From NCBI RefSeq assembly GCF_964355755.1, contig NC_092678.1, forward strand, positions 12,274,352-12,338,351: 64,000 nt of DNA. Reading direction: 5' to 3'. Shown in pieces: positions 1 through 12,000 of the stretch. The position numbers and the translations under genes are program-made. Position 1 is the stretch's first letter. Each line of letters starts with the position of its first letter. The notes under the pieces were generated by a model. That model was not told the DNA's origin, did no database searches, and saw nothing but the letters and a program-made list of their open reading frames with translations. Source of the DNA: Antedon mediterranea. Taxonomy: Eukaryota; Animalia; Echinodermata.

Positions 1-55
1 GGAAGATCGAAGATATAAATATGACAAAAAAATTGACGAGTTTATGATTCTGATG
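1..55 (+). CDS. Plexin exon (partial), IPT domain
   Basis: EDRRYKYDKKIDEFMILM then GT donor at 56; phase 0 joins GSDINLA. Confidence 0.65.
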
Positions 56-3000
56 GTAATTATAATATGTTAAAACATTTTTATTTGGTTTCGATTTAAG
101 AGTCAGAATTCATGTATTGTAAACCCACAAAAGCTGCTTGACTTGGTCAGTTGTTGCGTATACGATGCCGATTGGACTCCTTTCCAGCCACTTGATGGTT
201 TTGATATTTAGTCTTATGGTCTCCAAGATTACACCGTGATCAAAGATCAAGACCGTGTCTGAAAATGAGTCCTATATGTCTTCTTGTTTAATTAATAACA
301 ATCGTTATTATTCTGATTACCTGTAAATATTATCACAATATTTTAAATATAATTAAGTACATAACATGGACTAAATTTATGTGCTTTTAAACATGTAAGG
401 TTTACAATTAAATCTTGCAAAATGGACTACCAGAAACGCATCCACAATATCTGAATTGTCATAAACTCATACAGTTTCAAATTTCATATATACAGTTCTT
501 ATTGGTCAGATGTTTTGCCCAATTCTGACGTAACTGTAAATTATTCTCATTACAAGTGCGAGAGAACATAACTGACCAAATAAATTCAATACATTGCTAC
601 ATTGGTTCATATAACAATTGTAATCGCGTTTTAAACTTGATTATAGTTTTGAGAATCAGTATTTTATTTATACCAAACATAATTAAAAAAAACTGTATTT
701 ACATAACAGGGTTCTGACATCAACCTTGCTAGTGATGTTGAGGATGTTGAAGTGTTCATTGGAAGTGTTAAATGCACTGTAAATTCAATAACACGTACAG
801 TAGTTCTTGTTGAAGTACCAGACAAGGAACCTAATCCAGTAGATGGTGAAGATCATCCTCTTGTTATGGTAGGTCGTGAGATCACCCGAAAATACTTTTA
901 ACATTATACTATAATGTTTTATTATATCCAATAGTCTGTAACCAATAATGTCAAAATCACACATTGTTTGTAAACGAACTCATTGTAATATTAATTTCTA
1001 TTTAGTTGCTGTTTAGACTTAGATTGAATAAGTAAAACAACGTGCAGAACTTAGAGACAAAAAAAGTATTTGTCAAGATCCTAATTTTACAAAATTCTTA
1101 ATTTTAGTCTTTGCTACTTAAACATTTTTGAATATATTCATTCTAACATTATTACTACTAGACTAGACTGTTTTTAACAAAAAATGTTTAATATTGATTG
1201 TCTCCAAATAACTTTAGATCCGTCATGGAAATCTAAAGTTCACTTTTGGTTCAATAAGATATGTAGGCATTGAATTGTCTACCACCGTCGTAGTTATTAT
1301 AATTACGGTTGTTGTGATTATGGCTATCATCATTACGATCATACCTGTCTACTGGCGTAGATCAAGAATACTCAACAGACAATTGGAAGAAACAACAGTG
1401 AAATTTTTTACAAAAAGTAAGCTAGAAAGCAATATAAATAAACTCAAACTATTGATATCATAAAGGGCTTTGAAAAGTAAAAGCTAAATTTGGATATATG
1501 AGTGATGTAAAATATAACTCATTATTTCTACAAAAAAAAAACAAAACCCAGAAACTAAGAGTAGTGATTTTACTTCTTGAAATTAGACAGATTTTTAATT
1601 ACTATCGCAAGTCATCTAGAAACGAGTTTTAACAATTTTTTGTAATAAAATTACCTTGTGATCTTCACTATTGATGTATTATTTAGGTTAAATACATGCA
1701 TTGGCATCTACTCAACAAAACCAACAAGATAATGAGAGTGCCTATATGAATACGCTACTGGCAAACTAATCTATATATAAATTTACGTAAGGGCAAAATT
1801 CGGTAAATCGCGCCTTACTTCTAGAATTTTCACTCGATGGTATGTAAAGTTGGTTCGTACTTTCGGTACTGATTTTAACCGCCTGATGTAACCCTGTTTA
1901 CTAATTAAATTGAGTTAGATAATTAGTTATTGACGATTAAAACGAATTTAGGTTCAACGATTTGCCCCAAATAGGGGTGTTTTCCGATCGTGGTATACAC
2001 TGTCTAATGGATGTCCATCTTGAAAAATACCCGCCAAAAAAATGCGAGGAGGCTTCGCATTTTTCTATCTCCTCCTACGATAATTGTTTTTAATAGCTGA
2101 AAACCGGTTGAACAGCTAGAGTACACCATCATAATGTTGAAGACAGGCCGATTTTCTTTAAAAAATACTATTTTGATAGATTTAATATACGATTATACAA
2201 ATGTATTGACTTGCGATGAATGGAACATCCCAATCTCTCAGTCTGCCAGAGTTGGTTTAACACAAGTACTGTAGGTAAATTTATGAGCCCTTGGTTTAAC
2301 ACATACGGTAGGTAAATATATGGGCCCTTTGAGAATAAACTTGCAATACTTTGACAATACTGTAAATACCTATTAACTATTTTTCATTTGAATCGAACAT
2401 TTCTTACTGTGAATGTTCGTACTGTTATGTAATATAAAAATATATACAAATAAACTTTATTACTGAGACTGTGGATAGGCTCTACTGTTAGATATACAAA
2501 TAAACTTTATACTGACAGTTCCTTCTCAACGTTTGTATTAATTAATAATTACCAAAAATATAAACGTCGTAGTGGTGTATCGTGACATGTACTTTAATAT
2601 TTCAATCGATTATGACCGTGACAGTTTTAACAAAGTATTAGCCTAAATCGCAAATGTTTTAGGCCTACTGTATTTAGAGGTATATTATTTATAGGCCTAT
2701 AAAACATGAACAAAATATTTCGTTACTCAGTGGATAAAGAATATATTTAAAAATTGTTCCTCTTTGTACCTATCCGCTTTCCCATCCCTCAACCCTAATG
2801 TTACATAGCGAGGAGGCTTCGCATTTTCCTATCTCCTCCTACGATAATTGTTTTTAATAGCTGAAAACCGGTTGAACAGCTAGAGTACACCATCATAATG
2901 TTGAAGACAGGCCGATTTTCTTTAAAAAATACTATTTTGATAGATTGCTAGAGTACACCATCATAATGTTGAAGACAGGCCGATTTTCTTTAAAAAATAC

Positions 3001-6000
3001 TATTTTGATAGATTTAATATACGATTATACAAATGTATTGATTTGCGATGAATGGAACATCCCAATCTCTCAGTCTGCCAGAGTTTGGTTTAACACAAGT
3101 ACTGTAGGTAAATTTATGAGCCCTTGGTTTAACACATACGGTAGGTAAATATATGGGCCCTTTGAGAATAAACTTGCAATAGGTTCGGAATATGTTAAAA
3201 ACCAATTTCTATTATTTGAATCGGTAAACAGTTTCCATTTATTATACATTGATAATGAAACATGAAATATTCCTATTTATGTCCCTCGAGGTTCATTACA
3301 ATTTATATTTAGTAGTCCCACGGACTTCATCTTAGCCACTCCCCCGAGTGCTAAGGCCAAATTTATGATACCCTACTTTCTATGTAAGTTTAGTTACAGT
3401 TAGTTTTTGACGATAATACAACGAATTTAGGTTACACCCTTCGGCCGCGAAAACGTTTCTGTACAAATATGATACCGATTGGCTTTATTTCATTCAACAG
3501 CGACCATAATCTCGCCAATTACAGGATAGATAAACTATTTTATTATTGATGTGCTTATAAATTAAGACTCATGTAAACAGCTTGATTACATCATTTTACA
3601 GACAAACGAAACTTTTTTTAAAACATACTGTTTCAATAACTGAGTATAATACTGTATACGTTTTCATAAGTAAGTGCATATACATTTTCGTGTTTTCATT
3701 AACGAGATTGTAATAGTAACTTCAGTAACTATTACAGTACTTATTTATTATACGACACAAGACAATTGTATCTGACAGGTACGTACATTATTCTAAAAAA
3801 TAAGTCTAGATAGATCCCTTAGGCGTCATAAATCACAGGCCAACAAATCAGTACTCATGACAGAAATTCGACCCAGTTTGGTTCACACAAAAATGTTTAC
3901 AGGAATTTCAACACCACAACCGATGATTTGCCCTAAATATTTAGGTAGACTACAGTTTAATTTTTCACTGAATAGGAGCTTGAATTTCCGATTTCCATTT
4001 CGCAGAATGTCTAGGTCTATTTATTTAGTTTGGTTCTTATAATATATAAATACAATCAACTTTATTACTGCGGTTCCATCACCACCACCACGTGCCGCCC
4101 AATTCCCGTACATACATTTCCATTTCTCCCTAATTTCTTTAATCCACATAAATTAATTGTCCTTTATGGAATCCAGTATTGGTTTTGTTGTCTCTATTTC
4201 TGAATTAGGGGGACACTTCCGTTTTTGTTTAGTGTCCCAAAAAAGTCCCCGTCCGTGGATTCTACTGTATTCGAGAACCATCTGTGAGCACCCCTAGATG
4301 GTACGCGAGCGAAGCGAGCGTGCCATCTAGTCTATATATAAATTTACGTAAGGGCAAAATTCGGTAAATCGCGCGTTACTTCTAGAATGTTTACTCGATG
4401 TTATATAAAGTTGGTTCGTACTTTCGGTACTGATTTTAACCACCTGATGTAACCCTGTTTACTAATTAAATTGAGTCAGATAATTTAGTTATTGACAATT
4501 AAAACGAATTTAGGTTCAACAATTTGCCCCAAATAGGAGTGTTTACCGATCGTGGTATACACTGTCTAATACATGTCCATCGTGAAAAATACCCGCATAC
4601 AATAATACGAGGATGCTTCGCATTTTCCTATCTCCTCCTACGATAACTGTTTTTAATGGCTGAAAACCGGTTGAACAGCTCGAGTACAGCTTCATAATGT
4701 TGAAGACAGGCCGATTTTCTTTAAAAAATACTATTTTGATAGATTTAATATCCGTTTATAGAAATGTACTGATTTGCAATGAATGGAACATTCCAAATTA
4801 TTGCATACCTCCATGGTTTAACACAAGTAGGTAAATTTATAGACCCTTGGAGAATAAACAGAAATAGTATTGTAATACTATACAATACTGCAAATAGGTA
4901 TTTTAAAACCACTTTTGATCGCCATTTGAATCAAAAGTGTGTTGGTACTGTTAGATATAATAATTATAAACAAATATACTAATAAACGTTATCACTGTGA
5001 GTGTGGGTAGCCCCTACTTGAGATTATAAACACATAATAATATATACTTTATTACTGTCAGTTGTTTCTCAACGTTTGTATTAATTAATAATTACAAAAA
5101 TATAAACGTATTAGTGGTCTTTAAATGTACTTTACTATTTCAATCGACCATGAGACAGTGACACTTTCAATAAAGTATTAAATCGGAAATGTTTTACTCT
5201 ATTTAGTGGTATATTATTTATAGGCCTATATAAAAAAAATATTTCGTTACTGATTGGATAATAAAGAAATATAAAGAATAATTTAACAAAATTGGGTTTG
5301 TTTAAATGAGTCCAATAACAAATTTCGACTCATTTTGTGACAAGTTTCTAGGTGCTAATTTTTGTTGACTACATAAATCATTATGTCTATTTATTTGTTT
5401 CTGTAAACGACAATGTTTTATAGTCCTGCCGTACGTACATTTGAAATCGCCAGTTTTTTTACGCTGAAATTACTATGTATTCGAGAACCATCTGTGGGCA
5501 CGAACTAGATGTAGTATTCACAATTAATCAACATTTTGAAATTTGTAGCGACGAGTTTAGGGTTTAGGTACTGTATATAGATGATGATGATAGCATATCT
5601 GCATTATAATGAAACAATCAATTACACATTAGGCTACACTCTATAGTTCACTATGTCGGTCGGTCGGTCGGTCGGTCGGTCTGTCGGTCGGTCGGTCTGT
5701 CTGTCGGTCTGTCGGTCGGTCTGTCTGTCGGTCTGTCTGTCGGTCCGGTATCACTATGCGTTTTATCGCTTTTCTGTACTTTTTGAACTGTTTTGATGTC
5801 AACATGTGGGCATTTACGTGAAATTGTGCACCTCCTATTGTGAATGACGTTAGAGTTGCGCAACGTGATTTACGCGCGATTTAACGATTTTCTCGTATTT
5901 AACATAGGTAAAAAACCAAATAACATTTTAAATTGAAACTTTGCAAAAGTTTAATTTATATCAGGCGGTAACTTTCTGTTGAAAAAAATGTGTGTTTTAC

Positions 6001-9000
6001 ACAAAGTTACGCGCGCACGCGCATTTAAAATTTTAAAATGCGCAAAATTAATTTTTAATCAACTTTCTACGCGTTTCTTGAGCATGTCAAAAATTGCCAT
6101 ACGTACGCAAATGTTTACGCGCGCGGTGCGCACGTAGCATTAAATATATACTTTTTTCGCGTGATTTATGTTTTTGCAGCCTTTTCTAATAATTTTACCA
6201 ACTTTTAAACAATTTCGACTTAAAATTACGTCATACGAGCACGTCGAATTGGATAATTTGCGCACGTTTTTGATGAAAAAGGTCAAAAATTCGTCAAAAT
6301 TATGCCTTTTTATATAGTTCACTATGTCGGTCGGTCTGTCTGTCGGTCTATCTGTCAGTCCGTTTGTCGGTCCGGTATCACTATGCATTGTAGCACGCGA
6401 CTTAATGGCTGTTGGCCTTGTTACTTAGAAAGTCAATAACTACAATGTAAGTAATTGTTAATAAATTAATTCATATTTAGAAGAAGAAAAAGAAGAGGAG
6501 TTTCTAGAAATTAATGAAGATGATTCAGAAGTAAGGTATATGGGCATAGTACATGACGGCATGATAGCAAGGAAATTAAGTCAGAGTAAAGAGCATTATG
6601 TACAATGTATGCTGTTTCTGGGATGTGAGATGACTCCAGTAATGCAAGAAAGTGGATATGTAAGATATTGCTACTTGCTTGTGATTACACAACGTTACAA
6701 AACATTTTGTTGGATATCAATTAAAGCGGGGTGTTACCTCAATGATTAATTGTATTTTGTTAGGATTTTGCAGTATTTACACCATGTCATCCGAAAGGAA
6801 GTAGGCAAATTGTTTAAAATTAAAAATTCTCAACTTTACATAATCTTTTTTTAGAAAATTATTGTTTCACATTTATTTACAAATACGTAAGAGAATACGA
6901 TATAATATTATATTATTATTACTTGTTATATGTTATGTGGTATTGTTTTATTATATTTTATAGACTGAACTGTTGGAAGATCATCGAGGTTTACCTGAAC
7001 TGGATTTGTTTTTGAACGAGAAGTATATAATGAAAATAATTAATATTTTAGACAATGACTCATCGTTTACATCTGTACAAAGGTATATTAAACAAGAAAT
7101 ATTTCTTACAAAAAACGCCGCGTAACTTTTTGACTGGACAGTTGTAAGAACAGTCTTCATTAATCTAATATAATAGGTCGGCCAATCAAAACGCAAGTGA
7201 ACAATTGGGACTTTACTTGTGATTTATGTCATTGGCCTGTCAGCACAGTCGTTTCTTTCTAGAATTAAACGCACAAACTTGTATTGGGAATACTGTATGT
7301 TTATGTGGTTATTACTATCGCATTTAGGTATTGATAATACAGTAATAATAATATGGCTTTTGAATATATATTTACTGTCTGTAGAATAACATTTATACAT
7401 TCGGTTCGCGATGAAAAGTTATATGAATGGATTTGTAATAGGTATTTATAATAATAGTAGGCCTATATGGGTTGCATTATTGCTAAGCTATCACCAAATC
7501 GCGTTATAACATTATTTCTCAGGGTTTTTTGCACCATTGATCAATACCAAACGCGTATCGGTATTATAGTTTTTAATGAATCATTACATTAATAAAAATA
7601 CCCAATTAAATCAATCGCGTCAGTCCAATTCCGACTTATGTTTCGATCACATAGTTCTGTGTCTACACAGTCCCAACTAGTTTAACAAAAAAGTGTGATG
7701 TGCCAAAATATGGTAGTGATATGCCCGAATATCGTAGTGATATGACATCGTCATGTCTATATAATATGGGCACATCATATTTAGTTTTATAGTATAGACA
7801 GTCTTATTTTACATTTTGAACGAAAGTATTTATTTGTTGATAAGCCCAATTTTGCAGTCTTATTTTACATTTTAAACGAAAGTATTTATTTGTTGATAAG
7901 CCGAATTTTCCAGTTTAATAATAATGACCCCTTCCACAGTGCTTATACCATATACATTTTACATGATATTGACCGTGGGTTCTTTACGCCTCTGATGCAT
8001 TTGTTTTTATTGTACCTTTTTAATAAATTATCATATGTTTAGGCCTAATCACGCCCAATTTAATGAAACGGTCAGATTCCGATTTCAATTGAACGAAAGT
8101 AGTACTGTATTTATTATTCATTGATAAGCCAAGGGTCCCATGGCGTTAGCCGATATCTTGAGCATTTGACTCATGTGTCAACCTGTAACACAAATCATTC
8201 TTCAAAATCTAAAGAAAGAACCTCACACGTCTTTTTTGTGAGTGATACACTATGGATATGCCCACGGAAATAATATGTGGACATTGCAAACAATCATAGG
8301 CCTACAGTAACAAACATAACATGGCTAATAAGCATAACATTCAGACTTGCTTGTTTTTTAGTGGATTTTTATTTACTTTAGCATGTAGAATAAAACTAGT
8401 AACAGTGGCTATATTAATAATTATACTGATTATCCTTGATGTTATCGCGTCTAATAATAAAATATTTTGTTGTTGATAAGCCCAATTTTTCAGCCTTGAT
8501 TTTACATTTTGAACGAAAGTATTTATTTGTTGATAAGCCCAATTTTGCAGTCTTAATAATGACCCTTCCACAGTGCATTTTACATGATATTGACCGAGGG
8601 TTTTTACGCCTCTACAGCCACTGATCAATACCATAATTAATGTACTTTTTTAAATGAATATTGAAATGTTTCAACATACCCAATTAAAAAAACGGTCCGT
8701 TTTCGAGTTCAATCTTTTGATTAGAGAGGTTGGAGTTTCATTTTGAACGAAAGTATTTATTTGATTGATAAGCCAAATTTCTAGTCCTAATGATTTGAGA
8801 TTCAACGGGTTTTGCTTTCAATTGTATAATAATATAATTTATAATATAATTTATATATATATATATGAGGACTAGTTGTGTTGTGTTCCAACCGTACCAC
8901 GCCGAGAATGTTAAAGGGTCGTTATCCGATCGAGTTAAAGAACAATACCATGAAAACCCCAACACTTTCAGGCCCAATAACAATGATCCCGGGCCCGAGT

Positions 9001-12000
9001 TTTTGTAGACCGGACTTCCATGCACAGCCATATGTTAAGGAATATGGTTCGAAATGATATTACACAACAACGATTAGACAGCAACTGTTCAAAAGTCCAA
9101 CTAATAAAATCGGAATGATCAATTAATTGAACATTTACAGCATAAGGCCCATACACTAGGACGATAACGATCGACGATAAATAGACAAATGTGCATTTTT
9201 AATACATAAACCAAAAGAAATATAAACAATTCCTTTGATGAAAATTATATTTTCACACGTCCAATCAAATGACGTCATCATTAGTAAGACCAATAATATC
9301 GTAACAATACAGCGATTTTATTGTTTTTATTTATCATGACGTCATTTGATTGGAATTTGAAAAACATTATTTTTATCAAAGACAGCATAAATGATTATCC
9401 TATAGGTCTAGAACGAAAACCTTTCTAATTTCTTTTGGTTTATGTAAAAAAAATGCATGCTATATATTTACCGTCCGTCGTTATCGTCATAGTGTAATTG
9501 GACCTTTATACAAAAAAAAAATAAATTGATTACGAAGTTACATGTCATTTTCACCTATTCAACACTAATTGTTACAAAGCCAATTTATATTATATATTTC
9601 ATTAAAACTGAACTTTACGGTAAATGAAGAGTAAGTATCAGTTAATATGAATAATATAACTAGTAGGTCTATGAACTTGCGTCCAGACACAGAACTGTGA
9701 CATTACTATCATAAATGTTGAAACCACTTATAAAACCTTTTTTTAAAGAAAATATAATTGTGTTAGGAGAAGGCTAATAAACAAATAGATAATGTACAAA
9801 CCTTTTTCTAGATCAATTAATGGAGCAGGCGTTCCTAATAATCTGCTGCTGCTACCTAGACTGATTGTTCACCTTCTGACGATAATTTATTGGACCCCCA
9901 CACGGCATCTGATAACCAAAAAAAAATTTACCAGGACTGTTTCAATGATTTAATATCTGACGGCGTATTATTATAACATTGGCCTAGATTGACAGTCAAA
10001 AGAAAGTCATTGTAAATACCTCCCTTTATGTTGACAGAGCCAAAATAAAGTTTTGACCATTATCGAATGATTATTTGACAGTGACTTATTATAATACCGG
10101 CCTGGTTGACAGCAAAAACGAAGTTATTATTTATTGAACAAGATTTTACAGATTTCCGTCTACATCTCAATAATACTGTATTATCAGCAAAGGCTTTCAT
10201 AGACTCTCTTCTCCCAGACTTTTTTTGGGTCCAGCAGCTACCTATAAATTATAGTCGAGTTTCCAAATTCACAAAACTGTCAGCCTTAGATACTAAAGCT
10301 ACCGCTATGAAACAGCTTATTAATAAATGTGTCCTCCTGGGACATAGCTGGCTAGAGCCGCGGCGCGAAAAATTGTAATGATTTTAGATTTAGATTTAGA
10401 TAATAAGTTTATGGTTATGATACAATATCGGTACAAGGGGTACAAGGACGATGCAATCAGTGCCACTTTTAAGTTACAATGGTTTATGTCCAACTCTGTC
10501 TATTATATGGTTCTGGTGGCAGAACACGTAAGAAAAACCGTTACAGTCTATTGGTTAATATAATACTATAATTACGCCTATAATTAATACAGACTTTTAT
10601 CTGTTTTACTTTAGGCAAAACTTTTCCGCTTTGTTCTTAATGGCTATGGTTGGTGATGATAAAACAGAATATCTGTTTCAGTGAGTAATACTTAGTATAT
10701 ACCTTATTAATTTACAATTCTTGTGTATTACGTATGCAAGAATGAACGCTAGAATTGGCAGCACTGACTGACTTAAGCGACAAGATGTAGTTGGAAAGTA
10801 AATTATCTAAGTCCACAGTAGCAATGATCGTTATACAATTTAAGTTATTATTAAGTAATTCTATGGTTACGCTTAATTCTAATATGTTGTGTGATTAAAT
10901 ATTTTAGTATTATGGATATGCTTCTAAGCAAACATATTGCTAACAAAGTGAAGGCCAAAAATGTCAAGTTAGCTTTAAGCAAGTGGGTACAGTTATTTTG
11001 TGTTTTTAATAATTAATTATTAAAACCTAATTTGCAAACGTGTGTTTATCAAGTTATGACATATTACTTTAGTGACTGTGAATGTGAAATATACTTCAAT
11101 ATGTACTTATATACTTCTTATATACTTCATATACTTTTTATCTATTGCTATATTAATCAAATGTAATATAGCAATTACCTTCAATTACAGAAACGGCGAA
11201 ACTGTTATCGAACATATGATATCTCACGTGGTGGCATTATGCATGTATAAATACACAATGGTATGTAAATTATTTTATACATTAATAATTATACCTACAT
11301 ATCATTATTCTTAATAATTAAACTAATGATGTCCTAACTCAAGTCGGTTTATTATATTAGTAAGTAATATTATGTGATTTGGTTTACGTAATGTAAAATT
11401 AGCTTGGTTTGGGTTATTTTCTTAATAAAAGATTTTCTTTCTAAATAATATAAGTCTCTTTTTTATTTGTAACAAATTTGACTCCTTAATAGGAATATCA
11501 AATAAAGTCCATCAATCATCAATTAATCAATCAAATAAGATCAGATCTAAAATAACGTACTGTATATAAATATATTATGTGTGTTGTATACTACTTAGTT
11601 CACTTGAATTTTGCAGAAGTATGTATCAGGGCCTCTTTTGCAACTTGTAGATGCTATAACTACGAGAATAGATAGTGGTGCGGTAGACGCTGTTCATCAT
11701 CATTGTCAATATTCTTTAGACGAGAACTGCCTTCTGCCAATTGATGTTACTGGAGAGAATATAGTAAGAAATCTGCAAATGTTTTGGAAACATTTGAGTA
11801 TATAACATATAACACTGAAGCATAATGCTACTTGCAAACAATTATTTTAATACATTTTTAGAGCCCATGACAAGTAAATGTGTATATAATAAAAGTGTTT
11901 AAGAAGGTCAGATAATCCCCCAAATATTTAATTATTAGCCAATCCGATAAATACTGAATTTCCACACAAATTCAATGGCATTTTTTTTTCAATTTAGAAT

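Noticed and set aside
101-211. Possible extra plexin exon (SQNSCIVNP...)
   Set aside because: Runs into a stop, and exon 1-55 joins 710 in frame with a continuous IPT motif.
5581-5640. Possible juxtamembrane exon after tatag
   Set aside because: The phase-compatible frame stops after 9 codons and no donor is evident before the TE.
5651-5863. ORFs with PTDR/SVGR repeats (also 6140, 46952, 56130)
   Set aside because: Translations of tetranucleotide microsatellites in Helentron-like elements.
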